Assembly: GCF_036321535.1 (NCBI RefSeq)
Contig: NC_087451.1
Location: forward strand, 54,250,001-54,314,000
Direction: 5' to 3'
DNA from: Camelus dromedarius
Taxonomy: Eukaryota
Length of the DNA: 64,000 bases
A program made the position numbers and the translations under genes. The notes below the pieces were generated by a model. That model did no database searches, had not been told where the DNA came from, and worked only from the letters and a program-made list of their open reading frames with translations. Positions 38,447 through 48,880 of this stretch are shown one piece after another (positions within the stretch are counted from its first letter, which is position 1; every line of letters begins with the position of its first letter).

Positions 38447-38518
38447 TATAAAGCCTGGTTCGTCCATCACCCCCACTTGCCCCTCACTGCCGCTGCCAGC
38501 TCTGGGCTCCATGGACTG
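38447..38518 (+). promoter_or_regulatory. SP6: TATA promoter and candidate alternative non-coding first exon of SP6 (about 38475-38518)
   Basis: TATAAA 38447-38452, Inr-like CCACTT with A at 38475 (28 nt downstream), and donor TG|GTAAGA at 38518/38519. I recall that Sp6/epiprofin uses alternative first exons. Confidence 0.6.
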
Positions 38519-39779
38519 GTAAGAGGGGCTGTTCCCCGTCCAGTTCAGGGGACAAGGTGATCAGGTCTCCACTCTAAATTGGGGGACATTGAGAAGGGGT
38601 TGGAAGTCTTGATTCTCTCTGACTTGGGGAGGAGAATATAGGAGGGAGATCTTGAAGGAGTCTGCATGGAGGACAAAAGAGAATTCCTTGGAGATCTTTG
38701 AACTGGGGCTGAGATCTGAGAGGGAAGTGGAGTGGGGATTCACCAGTTAATAGATAACTGGGGACTTCATTCTGTTCTGAGAAAAAAGATGGGCTAATAT
38801 AACAGACATACAGGGCACACACTCACTACATGGAAGTTTACACATGATGGAACACCTGCAGAAGTTGTAAGGGAGAAACCACTGAATGTCTTGTGAGGAA
38901 CACCCTTTATGATGGGGAAGAGAGGACAGATACCTCACATTCAAGCCCCAAAGGTACACACAGGCATGATGCACATGCACACATTTGTAGGTACACACAC
39001 ACAGACACACACACCAACATACAGATATGCTATCCTCAGCTGGGCTCATCTTTCAGACTGAAAGTGGATGTGGATTCTCAGGACATTTGTGTTTATAATA
39101 GAATTAGTGCCCCAAATAGTGCTTGGCTCTGGTTAGACTCTCAGTTAGTGACTGTTCAGTGAATAAAGGATGAATGAAAGAAAACCATTTGGCTCAAGCT
39201 CTGGACCTTCTCCAGTCTCCCAGGAGCCTGGGGGAGTGTAGGGGAGAGGAGGGGACATGAGGAATGCATTGGTTTCTGTGATCACCAACTTGCAGCTGGC
39301 TGAGCGCAACCTGGAGGTAGAGTTGGGGGTAGAGAAGTGTGAGCAATGAGGAACACAGGAGACTGGGCTTCTGGTCCCTGCTCTGCTTCTAACTCGTGAT
39401 GTGACTGAGCTACTCGCCTCCCTGTTCTGGGGTTAACTTCCCTACTAGCAAAACAAGGGCTTGCACTAGACAGTATTTATGGGCATACTAGCTTTGCTAT
39501 ATTCATAGTGCCATCTCCACAGAGGGACAGTTGAGGTTTGAAAGGGACCACAGCAATCCAATCCAAGATGGGACCAGTTTGTCCTATTACACTCAGGATC
39601 ATGATGGCTTTGATCTGGGGGAAAGTTTAAGAATGTCATCCTCTCATCCTCTCCTCCTTCAGGATCTGGGGAGCCAGACCGCCAGGGCTATCAATGCTGC
39701 CATAGCGAGGCTGGATGGAACAGCAGGCAGATCATGTGCTTCGGACTCAGTTTACTTCTCTGTCTCTTAATAGTTCTGC

Positions 39780-39940
39780 AATCTTGGGCAGGTCATTTAA
39801 CTTCTTTCATCCCTGGCTTCCTCATCTGTACAATGGTGGTGATGGGCAGATAATAATAACTACATGGCTGTATGCTCCTGAGAGTTAGAGATATCTGTGT
39901 GAAGCACCTGGAACATAGTATGTGTCCAATAAATAAGTCC
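39780..39940 (+). mobile_element. MIR SINE
   Basis: tcttgggcaggtcatttaac...ttcctcatctgtacaatgg...gcacctggaacatagtatgtgtccaataaat. Confidence 0.75.
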
Positions 39941-41649
39941 TGTTTATGATGGAGATGCACAATTCTGCTCCAGGTACACAGTGAATTGTTGACTATAAAT
40001 GAGGCACAAGAAGGAGAGGGGTGGCAAAATGGGAGATGGACACTTGTAGCAAAATCTGTCTATTGAGGGGAATGAGGGAAAGGAAATGACCCAAGTCCTG
40101 GGCAGATCTCAGTGGACTGCATGGTTCAACTTTGAGGTGAGATAAGAACATGGCAGTGGGCAGTGGTGATCTTGGCAGTTATGTCAGCATAAGACCATGG
40201 GCACCATTCAGTAAGGAAATATCCAGTAAGTGGGAAATTGAAAGAGCTGGAGTCAAAGGAACAAAAAAAGAGAGGGATCTGGAAGAAAGAAAGTGCCCTG
40301 AATCAGCAAACCTAGGCAGGGCAGAAAATCAGAACTGCTGAATTTTCTGAGACAACTGCATTACTGCTGAATTTCATGCTGGTGAGTCCCAGGCAGATGG
40401 AGGGTCTCTGCTTCTGGGAAACCCAGGTGGCTGTGCGTTAGGACGAAGTGGGGTTAAAGGGGGCCTGGGATGAAAGTAGGGTGGGATGTCTACCGTTCAG
40501 GGGCTGGATCCCTTTCCCTGTTGCTTTCCAGGGAAAGATGGAAGGAGCTAGGGAGACAAGACAATTGGGTGCCTATAAATAAATGGAAGGGGGGAATTCC
40601 GTTTCCCACCCAGAGTCAGATCCCTGTGCAGGTGTTAGCACCTTAAGAGCAGCCACTTCGGAAACAGCCAGAGGCCAGCAGGCTGCAGGGAGGAGGAGGA
40701 GGCAGAGAATGCCTAGGGGTCAAATCAGACTTAACCCAGGAATCCAAGTTGCAGGTTCTGTGATAACCGTGAGCCTCTAACTCTGTCCTGGAGGTCGCTG
40801 TGAACTGAGGTGCAAACCCAGCTAAGTCAAGATTTGTAGGCTGAGTGCATGGAGATAAAACCATGTGGAAAAGAGGATTGTCAGTTTAGCCATGGCCACA
40901 AAAACCCAGAACCGTTCCTAAGAATCTACATCTCAGGGGCCCAAGAGTTGGGAAGGAAATCCGACTGATCAGAAAGTACGATCTCTGACATCTGGGAGGA
41001 GACTCGCGGCTTCCTAAGTGCCCGCCCTTTACCCTGCAGGGCGGCTGTTCTTACCGTATTTCACCCAGGAGGAAACTGAGGCTCACAGCAACCTGACCTG
41101 CCAGATGAGCTTAGCAAGTGCAGGGCTGGAGCTAGAATTTAGGTCTGTCAACTTCTAGTCCAAAGATCTTTGTGCATATACCTTATTCCAACAAACATTT
41201 TCTGGGAACCAACTTATTTAATAATTATAACACTACCAACTATAACTTTGATTTGCTATGAGCTTACTAGGGGCCCCACTGAGCTAGATGTTTTAGAAAC
41301 ATCAATTCCTTTAAGCCCCAGGAAACCCTCCCAATTTGTACCCAGGTTGCCCATACGAGGAAACTGAGTCTTACAAAAGAGGGATTTGCACAGATGACTC
41401 ACACATTGTTTCTGGATATGAGAATGTGTATGTTTAGGGGCAAAATGATCGATCTTCAACTGGCTTGTGGACTTAATTTAGCAGCACTTCGAATTCGGGA
41501 GAGGTAAACCAAGGGTGGTGGAATCGCGGCTGTACAGCCCAAATTGAATCAGCCTAAATTCCGCTCTGGTTGTACGAAATACAGCTGTAAAGACAAAAAC
41601 GAAATATAAAAAGCAGACGGCAGAGCGCATAGGGAAAGTCAACAGGCGC

Positions 41650-43500
41650 AACGAAAAAAATTGGGAAGTTGATCAGAATTCACCACTCAAGAAAAGGGTC
41701 ACGTCTAGAGGTCAAAGCGGCGGGTACAAGAGGCACCCAACAGGGAAAGGAGCTTCGTATCCGGGAGCACAGGCCAGCCCGGCGGGGAGGAGGAGAGACC
41801 CGCGCTGGGTATCTCAGCCAACTCGGATCTTGAGAGATGTTTTTAGGTGGGCGCCGCGAACGCCCTGAAATTCTGCAGAGGGTTGCACTGTGCGTGTGCA
41901 TTTATTTTTCTCAAAGGAATCCAAGACCCTTCCCCAAATTTATTAACCTTGGGTTTACTCATTCAGGTGAGAATCAGGAAGGACTGGTGGCAATGGGGTC
42001 CTCAAATCTTTGCAGAAGTGACCTTTCCCAGTGCTATCCGGGTACCTGCCCTAACATTCAGGGTCGGGTGAGCCGGGGAGCTGGCTGAGCACCTCTGCGT
42101 CCCAGAGGGCGCAGGCATTTTTGAGAGGCGGACCTGGGAGGCGCCGGGGTTGCTCCGCAAGGGTAGATGGAGAATGAGAACTGAGGGGGGAGGCAGAGAT
42201 GGGCCAGTGGAGTGGGGAGAAGGGAGAAGTTTACCCCCAAAAAAGATGAGTGGCCGGAGAAGGAGAGCAGGAAGGCAAGAGAGAGCAAAGGACTCGGGAA
42301 GCTGGTGGTGGTGGTAAGAATCGGCGGGGGGGGGGGAATGCGGAGGGGGAGCAGCGTTTGAGGAACACTTCTGCCCAAGCCTTGGGGTGGACCGGACCCA
42401 CACTTGGGGCTCAATCCATCTTTTCTGTCAGTTCCGGGGCATTGCTGCCCGGCCAGGGAGGGTGGGTGGAGAGCCTTCGAGGCAAATTGCGCCCTAGGGT
42501 GACTCGTTATCACCCCCCAGAACCCGCCCCCTCCTCCATTCCCTCAGGGCCTGAGTCCAGCGTCCCCGCCAGAGCCAGCCAGCTCGTGGGCAGTTTTCCA
42601 CCCCAGGGGGGGGCCGCAGGCCCTGGGAAACACTCCGCCCAGGCCCCTCGCCCCGGCAGTGGAGGGGCCAGGGAGGAGCGAGGGAGGGGGCGGGGTGCGA
42701 CCTAGTTAGCTATCCCTCCCCAATCCCCGCAGGCCCGGCCCCGCTGGGCCTCCGGTCCGGCCGAGCCCGCAAGGGTTAAAGGCGGCCGCAGGTGAGGTGG
42801 GCGGGGCAGCGAATTCGGGGAAAAAGGAGCGCAGCGCCGAGGATGAAGGCAGAGAGCGCGGTGAGTCACGGGCGGAGCTGGCCTCGCTCGCTTGCTCACC
42901 GGCTCCCGCCCGCCCTCCACTCTCCACCCTCCACCCTCCTGCGGCCTCTCTCCGCCCCTCCTCCGCCGCCCGCCGCCGGGTCTGGTCGCGGCCCCCGCTG
43001 GTCCTCGGCTTCAGCCGCTCACCGCTGGAGAGCCGGCCACCGCGCGGGGCCCAAGAGTGTGGGTCGGTAGCGCGCCAGTCCGCGGTGCCCGAAGCCCGAG
43101 CGCAGCCTCGAGGTAGGAGCCCGGGTCGTAGGGGCGAGGGGCGCGCGCATCAGCGATCGGCTCCGAAAGATGCGCCCGGAACGCGCCATGGCCTCCTCTG
43201 GCCTTGGGGGAGGTGGTCCTAAAGAATCCGAGGGGCTTAGAGCCCCGGCGGAGTGAAAATGGGGCGGATGGGCGAGGTTGGAAACTGGGGAAACTGGAGC
43301 GACTGGGACAACTGGAGGACTAGAACCTTGAGGACCGGGAGTACGGAAGTCCTGACCACCTGAGCGCTGGTGATAGGAGAGGCAGCCGGCGGAAGGGGGA
43401 AGAAAGGTGTCTCTACTCGCCTTACCGCGTTGGGGAGCGGCAAGTCGGGGTACGCGCCCTACTGTTTCCCGTCCCAAGATCTCAGTAGCAGGCTAGTGCA
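41650..43500. promoter_or_regulatory. SP6: SP6 CpG-island promoter with candidate first exon(s) ending at 42791 or 42860
   Basis: Dense CpG, multiple GC boxes, and + strand donors CAG|GTGAGG (42791/42792) and GCG|GTGAGT (42860/42861). The downstream acceptor is TTTAG|G at 45274/45275. Confidence 0.75.
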
Positions 43501-45327
43501 TCCCAGGACTGCGCCCCCTGGCCCTGTGTCAGGTGAGACCACTCTGGAACCTGGGTTGTTAGCCTCCCACCCTCTAACCCCTGGGGTTGTTCCCAGGCGC
43601 CGAAATCTAGTAGTGTCCCAGGCCTCACTGCTCCTGCCCAGCCCCTTCTGGGCTGCCCCGCCTGGGCCTGAGGCTCCATTCCTGCTACTTCACCCTGTTC
43701 CTTTCTTGTGGTGAGGAAGCAGGAGCCTGAGTAGGCGCCCCAGTCGCCTTCTCCCTCTCTCTCCCAGACCACAGGGGCTACCTCTCTGGTCCCAGAAGCA
43801 GAACGTGGTAGGGTCATCTGAATCCAGCTTTGGGAAGGAAAAGTCCCTGCCCTAAACCACTGTACCACCCCACCCCACCCCCACCATCAGAGAAGGCCCA
43901 GGCACCAAGGCAGGACTCCCAGGGCTTAGGGATAGGCAGTGAGATGAGGGGGAGCTTCAAGTGACTGATATGTGGTCCAGAAAGGGGTGCATGGAGGGGT
44001 GGAGGGTGCCTTTAGGTTCCCATTGGTTTAGGGAAAGAGTAACAGACTAGGAGTGGAGAGACCTGGTTCACAGAGGTACATACAGTACACATTTGTTGAT
44101 AGAATGAATAAATTAACGTATTTTTTTCAAGTGACTTCTTCAAATTCAGCCTCAGTTTCCTCTTCTTTTAAAATAAGAGGACACGGCTGCATGTTAGAAT
44201 CATCTGGGGAGCTCCTAAAAATGATCCATGCTGAGAATGCATGGATCGCTACTATATGCTCTCTTTGAGTAGTTCTTCTTAAGTTCTGTGTGATTCTGGC
44301 TTTTCCTATTGCCCTCCACTTCCCCCACTCAGTCCCTGCATCCTTTCAGGGGGTGGCAATTTTATTTTCCTCAGCTGCTGGTAAGCTCTTCTCTGGCTGA
44401 CCTCTTTCTCTGGAGGAACAGAGCCCACCTAGCTTCACATCAGCATCTCTAGATTGGAAGAGGGCAGGGCTAGCAGCCAGGGAGCTGGCTGAGTGTGGGT
44501 CAGGATAGGGAAGGGAGCTTAGCTTTCTCTGGTGGGGAGAATTCCTCTGGAAACTGGCACTGCAGCTGCACCCCAGGGAGGTGAAGTCCCCACTAGAGGA
44601 AAAGGGGTGGGGGCCAGGCATGGGAGTGGGTTTGCTGGGGCCGAGGCAATCCGGCCAGGCAGGTCGCTGGGGGGAGTGGTGTAAAGCAGTGAAATGCTCT
44701 TCACTGAACATGTCTCAGGGATGAAAGGAAGGCTTTCTCCAAAATCTCTGAACCTCCTTTGGGCTTCAGGAAGTTGGGTCACTTCAAGCTTCAGATTTCA
44801 GAAACAGACAATCTCCCTCTCCCCAACTGTGTTCTAAGTTAAACTGGGGAAGCTGAGATGGGTCTAGGAATCCCATTTGGGCTGGCAGCTAGTCTATGGG
44901 GGTGGGGGAAATGCCACCACCCCTGTGCCGGCCTGGGCAGCTAGGGTGGGGATGGTTCTAACACTGTACTGTAGGTGTATCCGATCTACCAGCCTGGGAC
45001 TAACCCAATACCTAGGATGAGGTGGGTCTTATAGGAGGGATCACCTAGGGGAAGGTAGACTCCCATTATCCTCTGCATGGTGGAGAGCCTCACACCTTCA
45101 ACCCTTCCTAGCACTTCCAAATTCTCTTAACTGATCTTTAGTCCCCACCTAGAGGTGCCTTCCTCTTTTTACCTGGGGGTGGGAAAGGAGCACTCTGTGG
45201 GGAGGGTGACCTGGGCTAAGCCAGAAATTAAGCCGGTTACTTTCCACACTTCACCTCTTCTTTGCCCCGTTTAGGTCCCACCTGAGGTGTCCTTGACCTT
45301 CCCTGTCTCCCACCTCGGATCCCGGCA

Positions 45328-46458
45328 ATGCTAACCGCTGTCTGCGGCTCTCTGGGCAGCCAGCACACGGAAGCTCCTGCTGCCTCCCCACCGCGCCTCG
45401 ACCTGCAGCCTCTCCAAACATACCAGGGCCACACGAGCCCGGAGGCCGGGGACTACCCCTCCCCGCTGCAGCCTGGAGAGCTGCAGAGCCTCCCGCTGGG
45501 CCCCGAGGTGGACTTCTCACAGGGCTATGAGCTGTCGGGGGCCTCCTCTCGGGTAACCTGCGAGGACCTGGAAAACGACAGTCCCTTGGCTCCGGGACCA
45601 TTTTCCAAGCTCCTGCAGCCGGACATGTCACACCACTACGAATCTTGGTTCCGGCCGACACACTCAGGCACCGAGGATGGCTCGTGGTGGGACCTTCATC
45701 CGGGTACCAGCTGGATGGACCTCCCCCACACTCAGGGCGCGCTCACATCACCTGGCCACCCCGGGGCGCTTCAGGCTGGCTTGGGGGGCTACGTCGGAGA
45801 CCACCAGCTTTGTGCCCCGCCGCCCCACCCGCACCCTCACCACCTCCTCCCAGCCGCCGGAGGGCAGCACCTGCTGGCGCCTCCCGACGGGGCGAAGGCT
45901 TTGGAAGCGGCCGCTACGGAATCCCAGGGGCTAGATTCCAGTCTGGATGGGGCGGCCCGGCCCAAAGGCTCCCGGAGGTCAGTGCCCCGCAGCTCAGGCC
46001 AGACCGTGTGCCGCTGCCCCAATTGCTTGGAGGCGGAGCGACTGGGGGCTCNNNNNNNNNNNNNNNNNNNNNNNNNNNNNNNNNNNNNNNNNNNNNNNNN
46101 NNNNNNNNNNNNNNNNNNNNNNNNNNNNNNNNNNNNNNNNNNNNNNNNNNNNNNNNNNNNNNNNNNNNNNNNNNNNNNNNNNNNNNNNNNNNNNNNNNNN
46201 NNNNNNNNNNNNNNNNNNNNNNNNNNNNNNNNNNNNNNNNNNNNNNNNNNNNNNNNNNNNNNNNNNNNNNNNNNNNNNNNNNNNNNNCGGGTCTTCATGC
46301 GCAGCGACCACCTGGCCAAACACATGAAAACCCACGAAGGCGCCAAAGAGGAGGCTGCCGGGGCAGCAGCGGTGGGCGAGGGCAAGGCCGGCGGAGCGGA
46401 GCCCCCCGGGGGCAAAAGCAAGCGCGAGACAGAGGGCAGCGGGGCTCCCTCCAACTGA
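45328..46458 (+). CDS. SP6: Transcription factor Sp6 (epiprofin/KLF14-named Sp-family C2H2 protein), 376 codons, single coding exon; residues 242-320 (most of the three zinc fingers) fall in gap 46052-46287
   Basis: The ORF begins MLTAVCGSLGSQHTEAP, contains the buttonhead box CRCPNC and the end of finger 3 RVFMRSDHLAKHMKTH, and closely matches human SP6 as I recall it. The frame is preserved across the gap. Confidence 0.97.
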   Translation: MLTAVCGSLGSQHTEAPAASPPRLDLQPLQTYQGHTSPEAGDYPSPLQPGELQSLPLGPEVDFSQGYELSGASSRVTCEDLENDSPLAPGPFSKLLQPDMSHHYESWFRPTHSGTEDGSWWDLHPGTSWMDLPHTQGALTSPGHPGALQAGLGGYVGDHQLCAPPPHPHPHHLLPAAGGQHLLAPPDGAKALEAAATESQGLDSSLDGAARPKGSRRSVPRSSGQTVCRCPNCLEAERLGAXXXXXXXXXXXXXXXXXXXXXXXXXXXXXXXXXXXXXXXXXXXXXXXXXXXXXXXXXXXXXXXXXXXXXXXXXXXXXXXRVFMRSDHLAKHMKTHEGAKEEAAGAAAVGEGKAGGAEPPGGKSKRETEGSGAPSN

Positions 46459-48880
46459 GCTCCTCAGTCCCGCCTCCCCGCTGGTCTTCCTGGGGCCATC
46501 AGAAGACAGCCCTCTGGCCTGATGCCCTTGGGGGGCGGTTTGAGTAAGAGGAAGGTGGTTATTTATTGAGAGGGAGGAAAAGTGGTGCGGGGTCAGGGAC
46601 CCGGGTGCTAGGGGTTTCTTAGTCTCTGGGGCTGGACAGGACGGACGCCTTTGACTGTTTGGCTGGGCCGGGAGGAGCTGCGCATGCCCATCAGTTCTCC
46701 CTTTCCTCGCTATTTCACTCTCGCCCCTGGGCTGGGGGGTGGGGTGGGGTGGAGTCCCCCTACTGCGGCTGGAGGGCGGAGAGGACCGGCTGGAGGAGAC
46801 AGGACGTCCCCGGAGCAGAGAGGAGTGGGGCCGCCCTAGGCGCTGGGGGCAGCTGTCTGGACAAGTCCTTAGTGCCTGAGAACCGGGACATAAAAGGGCC
46901 TCCGCCCTGCGGCCCGGGTCCCTTTCATCCCCCTTAGAGTGCTTCTACACCCCAGGGTTTTTGGAGGGAGAGCTGAGATGGGGTAGCAGAGGCTGGGGGT
47001 CCCCCTAAGGGAAGAGTTTGTATCTGGCTGGGAGGGTTGATGCAGAAATAATGCCTTTGATGTGTCTCCTTATTAAGCCTTGCAGACCCAGTCTGATGGA
47101 GCCATGAAGGAAGAGGGGGAAGAGGGCCAGAACTGGCGACAACTTCCAGTCAGAACTGTTGGGTGGAAGAAAGAGCCAGATGTGGGGGTTGAGCAAGGAA
47201 GTCTCTTCTAGAATGAGAGAAGAGGATTTGGTTAGGGACTGGAACTAAGCCCTTCCATCTCTACCTTTGATTCAGTCCTTAACTCTTGGTCTTTATGAAA
47301 ACAAAGTTCAGAAATCCACTCGCCATCTGTCACCCAATGTAGGCCTTCAAGGCAGCCAGGAGCCCCTGCTCCAGAATTGATGTAGTTTCTTGCTGTAGGT
47401 CTCCTAGCATTTGCCTTCCTCTTAGGGATGGAAGGAAGAGGGTTACCTCGGTTGGGTGGAGGTAGGTGGGAGTAGGCGGAGGTGTCACAGCAGAGGGACC
47501 TCCAGGTTCTCGCTTAGAGTTGAGGACTCTGTCCCTACCTGGCCATCTGCTAAGCCCCACTCTTTAGCCCCACCCTCCCCTTTCCCGCTGGCTACAGCCT
47601 TGCCCCTCCTGTAGAGTGTGTTAGGAGGCTCCTCCCGATCTCATCTCTTGGGGGAAGCTCCCCTTCCATATGAAGAAGTTGTTCTCCCACTGGAAGGGGT
47701 CTGTCTTCTGAAGGGATGTCCAGGAAGCTGCCCCTGTTCCTTTCTTTAGATGCTAGAAATACATCCTGATGGTGATCATGGAGTGGGGAAGAGGGAAGCC
47801 CAGCAGAGGCTGATACAGGCTAAAGGAAAAAAGTTGATGGGGAAAGGGTCTGGCGGGCCACAGGACCCTGGAGCTGGTAGGCTTTCCCAGGCTCCAAGTA
47901 GAAGCCTTAAGATTCCCCTCGACCTTCCCTTCCCCTGCCCCTTTCTCCACCCGGAGCCCTATTGAGGATTAGTTGTGTATTGATTTTTAAGTTATAAGCA
48001 AAGGGTATTTTATTTAATATTAGGACATGTGTTTGCATGTTGTGTGTACCTATGTGTGTTTCTGTGTGTGTGTGTGTATGTGTGTTTCTCTCTACTGAGC
48101 CTGAGGTCTCCAGCCAGGGAGACCCGATCTTGTTCGCCCCGGCCAAAGTCCTGGAGCCTAGCATCTCTTCCTAACTTGGGGATGCTGGAGCCTAGTCCAA
48201 GGACCAGATGTTATTGGGAAGTGGGGCTGGGATCTGGGTGGGAACATGTTTGTGTAGAAGGGAGCCCTTCTTAAGAGGGATAGGGTGGCTCTTCCTGAGG
48301 GACTCATGGGCCGGGGGTAGTTTAAGAAGTGATGTGCTTTCTTTATGCTCCCTCTTTTCCCTACCTCCTGCTACACCGACCTGAGGTCCCTTTCATTGAT
48401 GAAAGGGTTGGGGGCAGAAGAGAGCTGTAGTGCCTGCAGGTTGCCTGGCCAGGTGGCGGAGGGGGAGAGAGGGAGGGCGCTGTGGGTGTGGGATGCCTTT
48501 TCCCTCCACCCATCGAAACCAGCCACCCCCTCCCTGTGCCACCAGGACAGCCTTTCCCAGTGACCATTCTCAGGGAACTCCCGAATGGGTGTTGGTGGAG
48601 GGGGGGACATAGATGTTCCCCGCTTGGAGGCCCTGAGCTCTAAGGTGTGTAGGTGAGGGCTTTGGTTAGGTTTTCTTCTGCTCCCCTCTTTTATAGACCT
48701 AAGTTGCTTGGCTGTCTGCCCCTTCTAGGCAGCCCCCTAGAGGAGAAATGTAGGATTTTTTTTTTTCTTTAACTGCTGTGAACCCACTTTGGGGAGGGGG
48801 CCGGGGTGGGGGCGGGGAAGGAGAAGGAAGAAACAGCCTGTGTTTTTTATGCTATAATAAAGTCATCAACCACATCACTG
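46459..48880 (+). other. SP6: SP6 3' UTR (about 2.4 kb) ending at poly(A) signal AATAAA 48856-48861
   Basis: AATAAA at 48856 after AU-rich blocks; ARE nonamer TTATTTATT at 46559-46567. The exact cleavage site is estimated. Confidence 0.65.

Noticed and set aside
45645-46547. Alternative-frame and antisense ORFs overlapping SP6
   Set aside because: These are shadows of a GC-rich coding exon plus the N gap, with no independent evidence.
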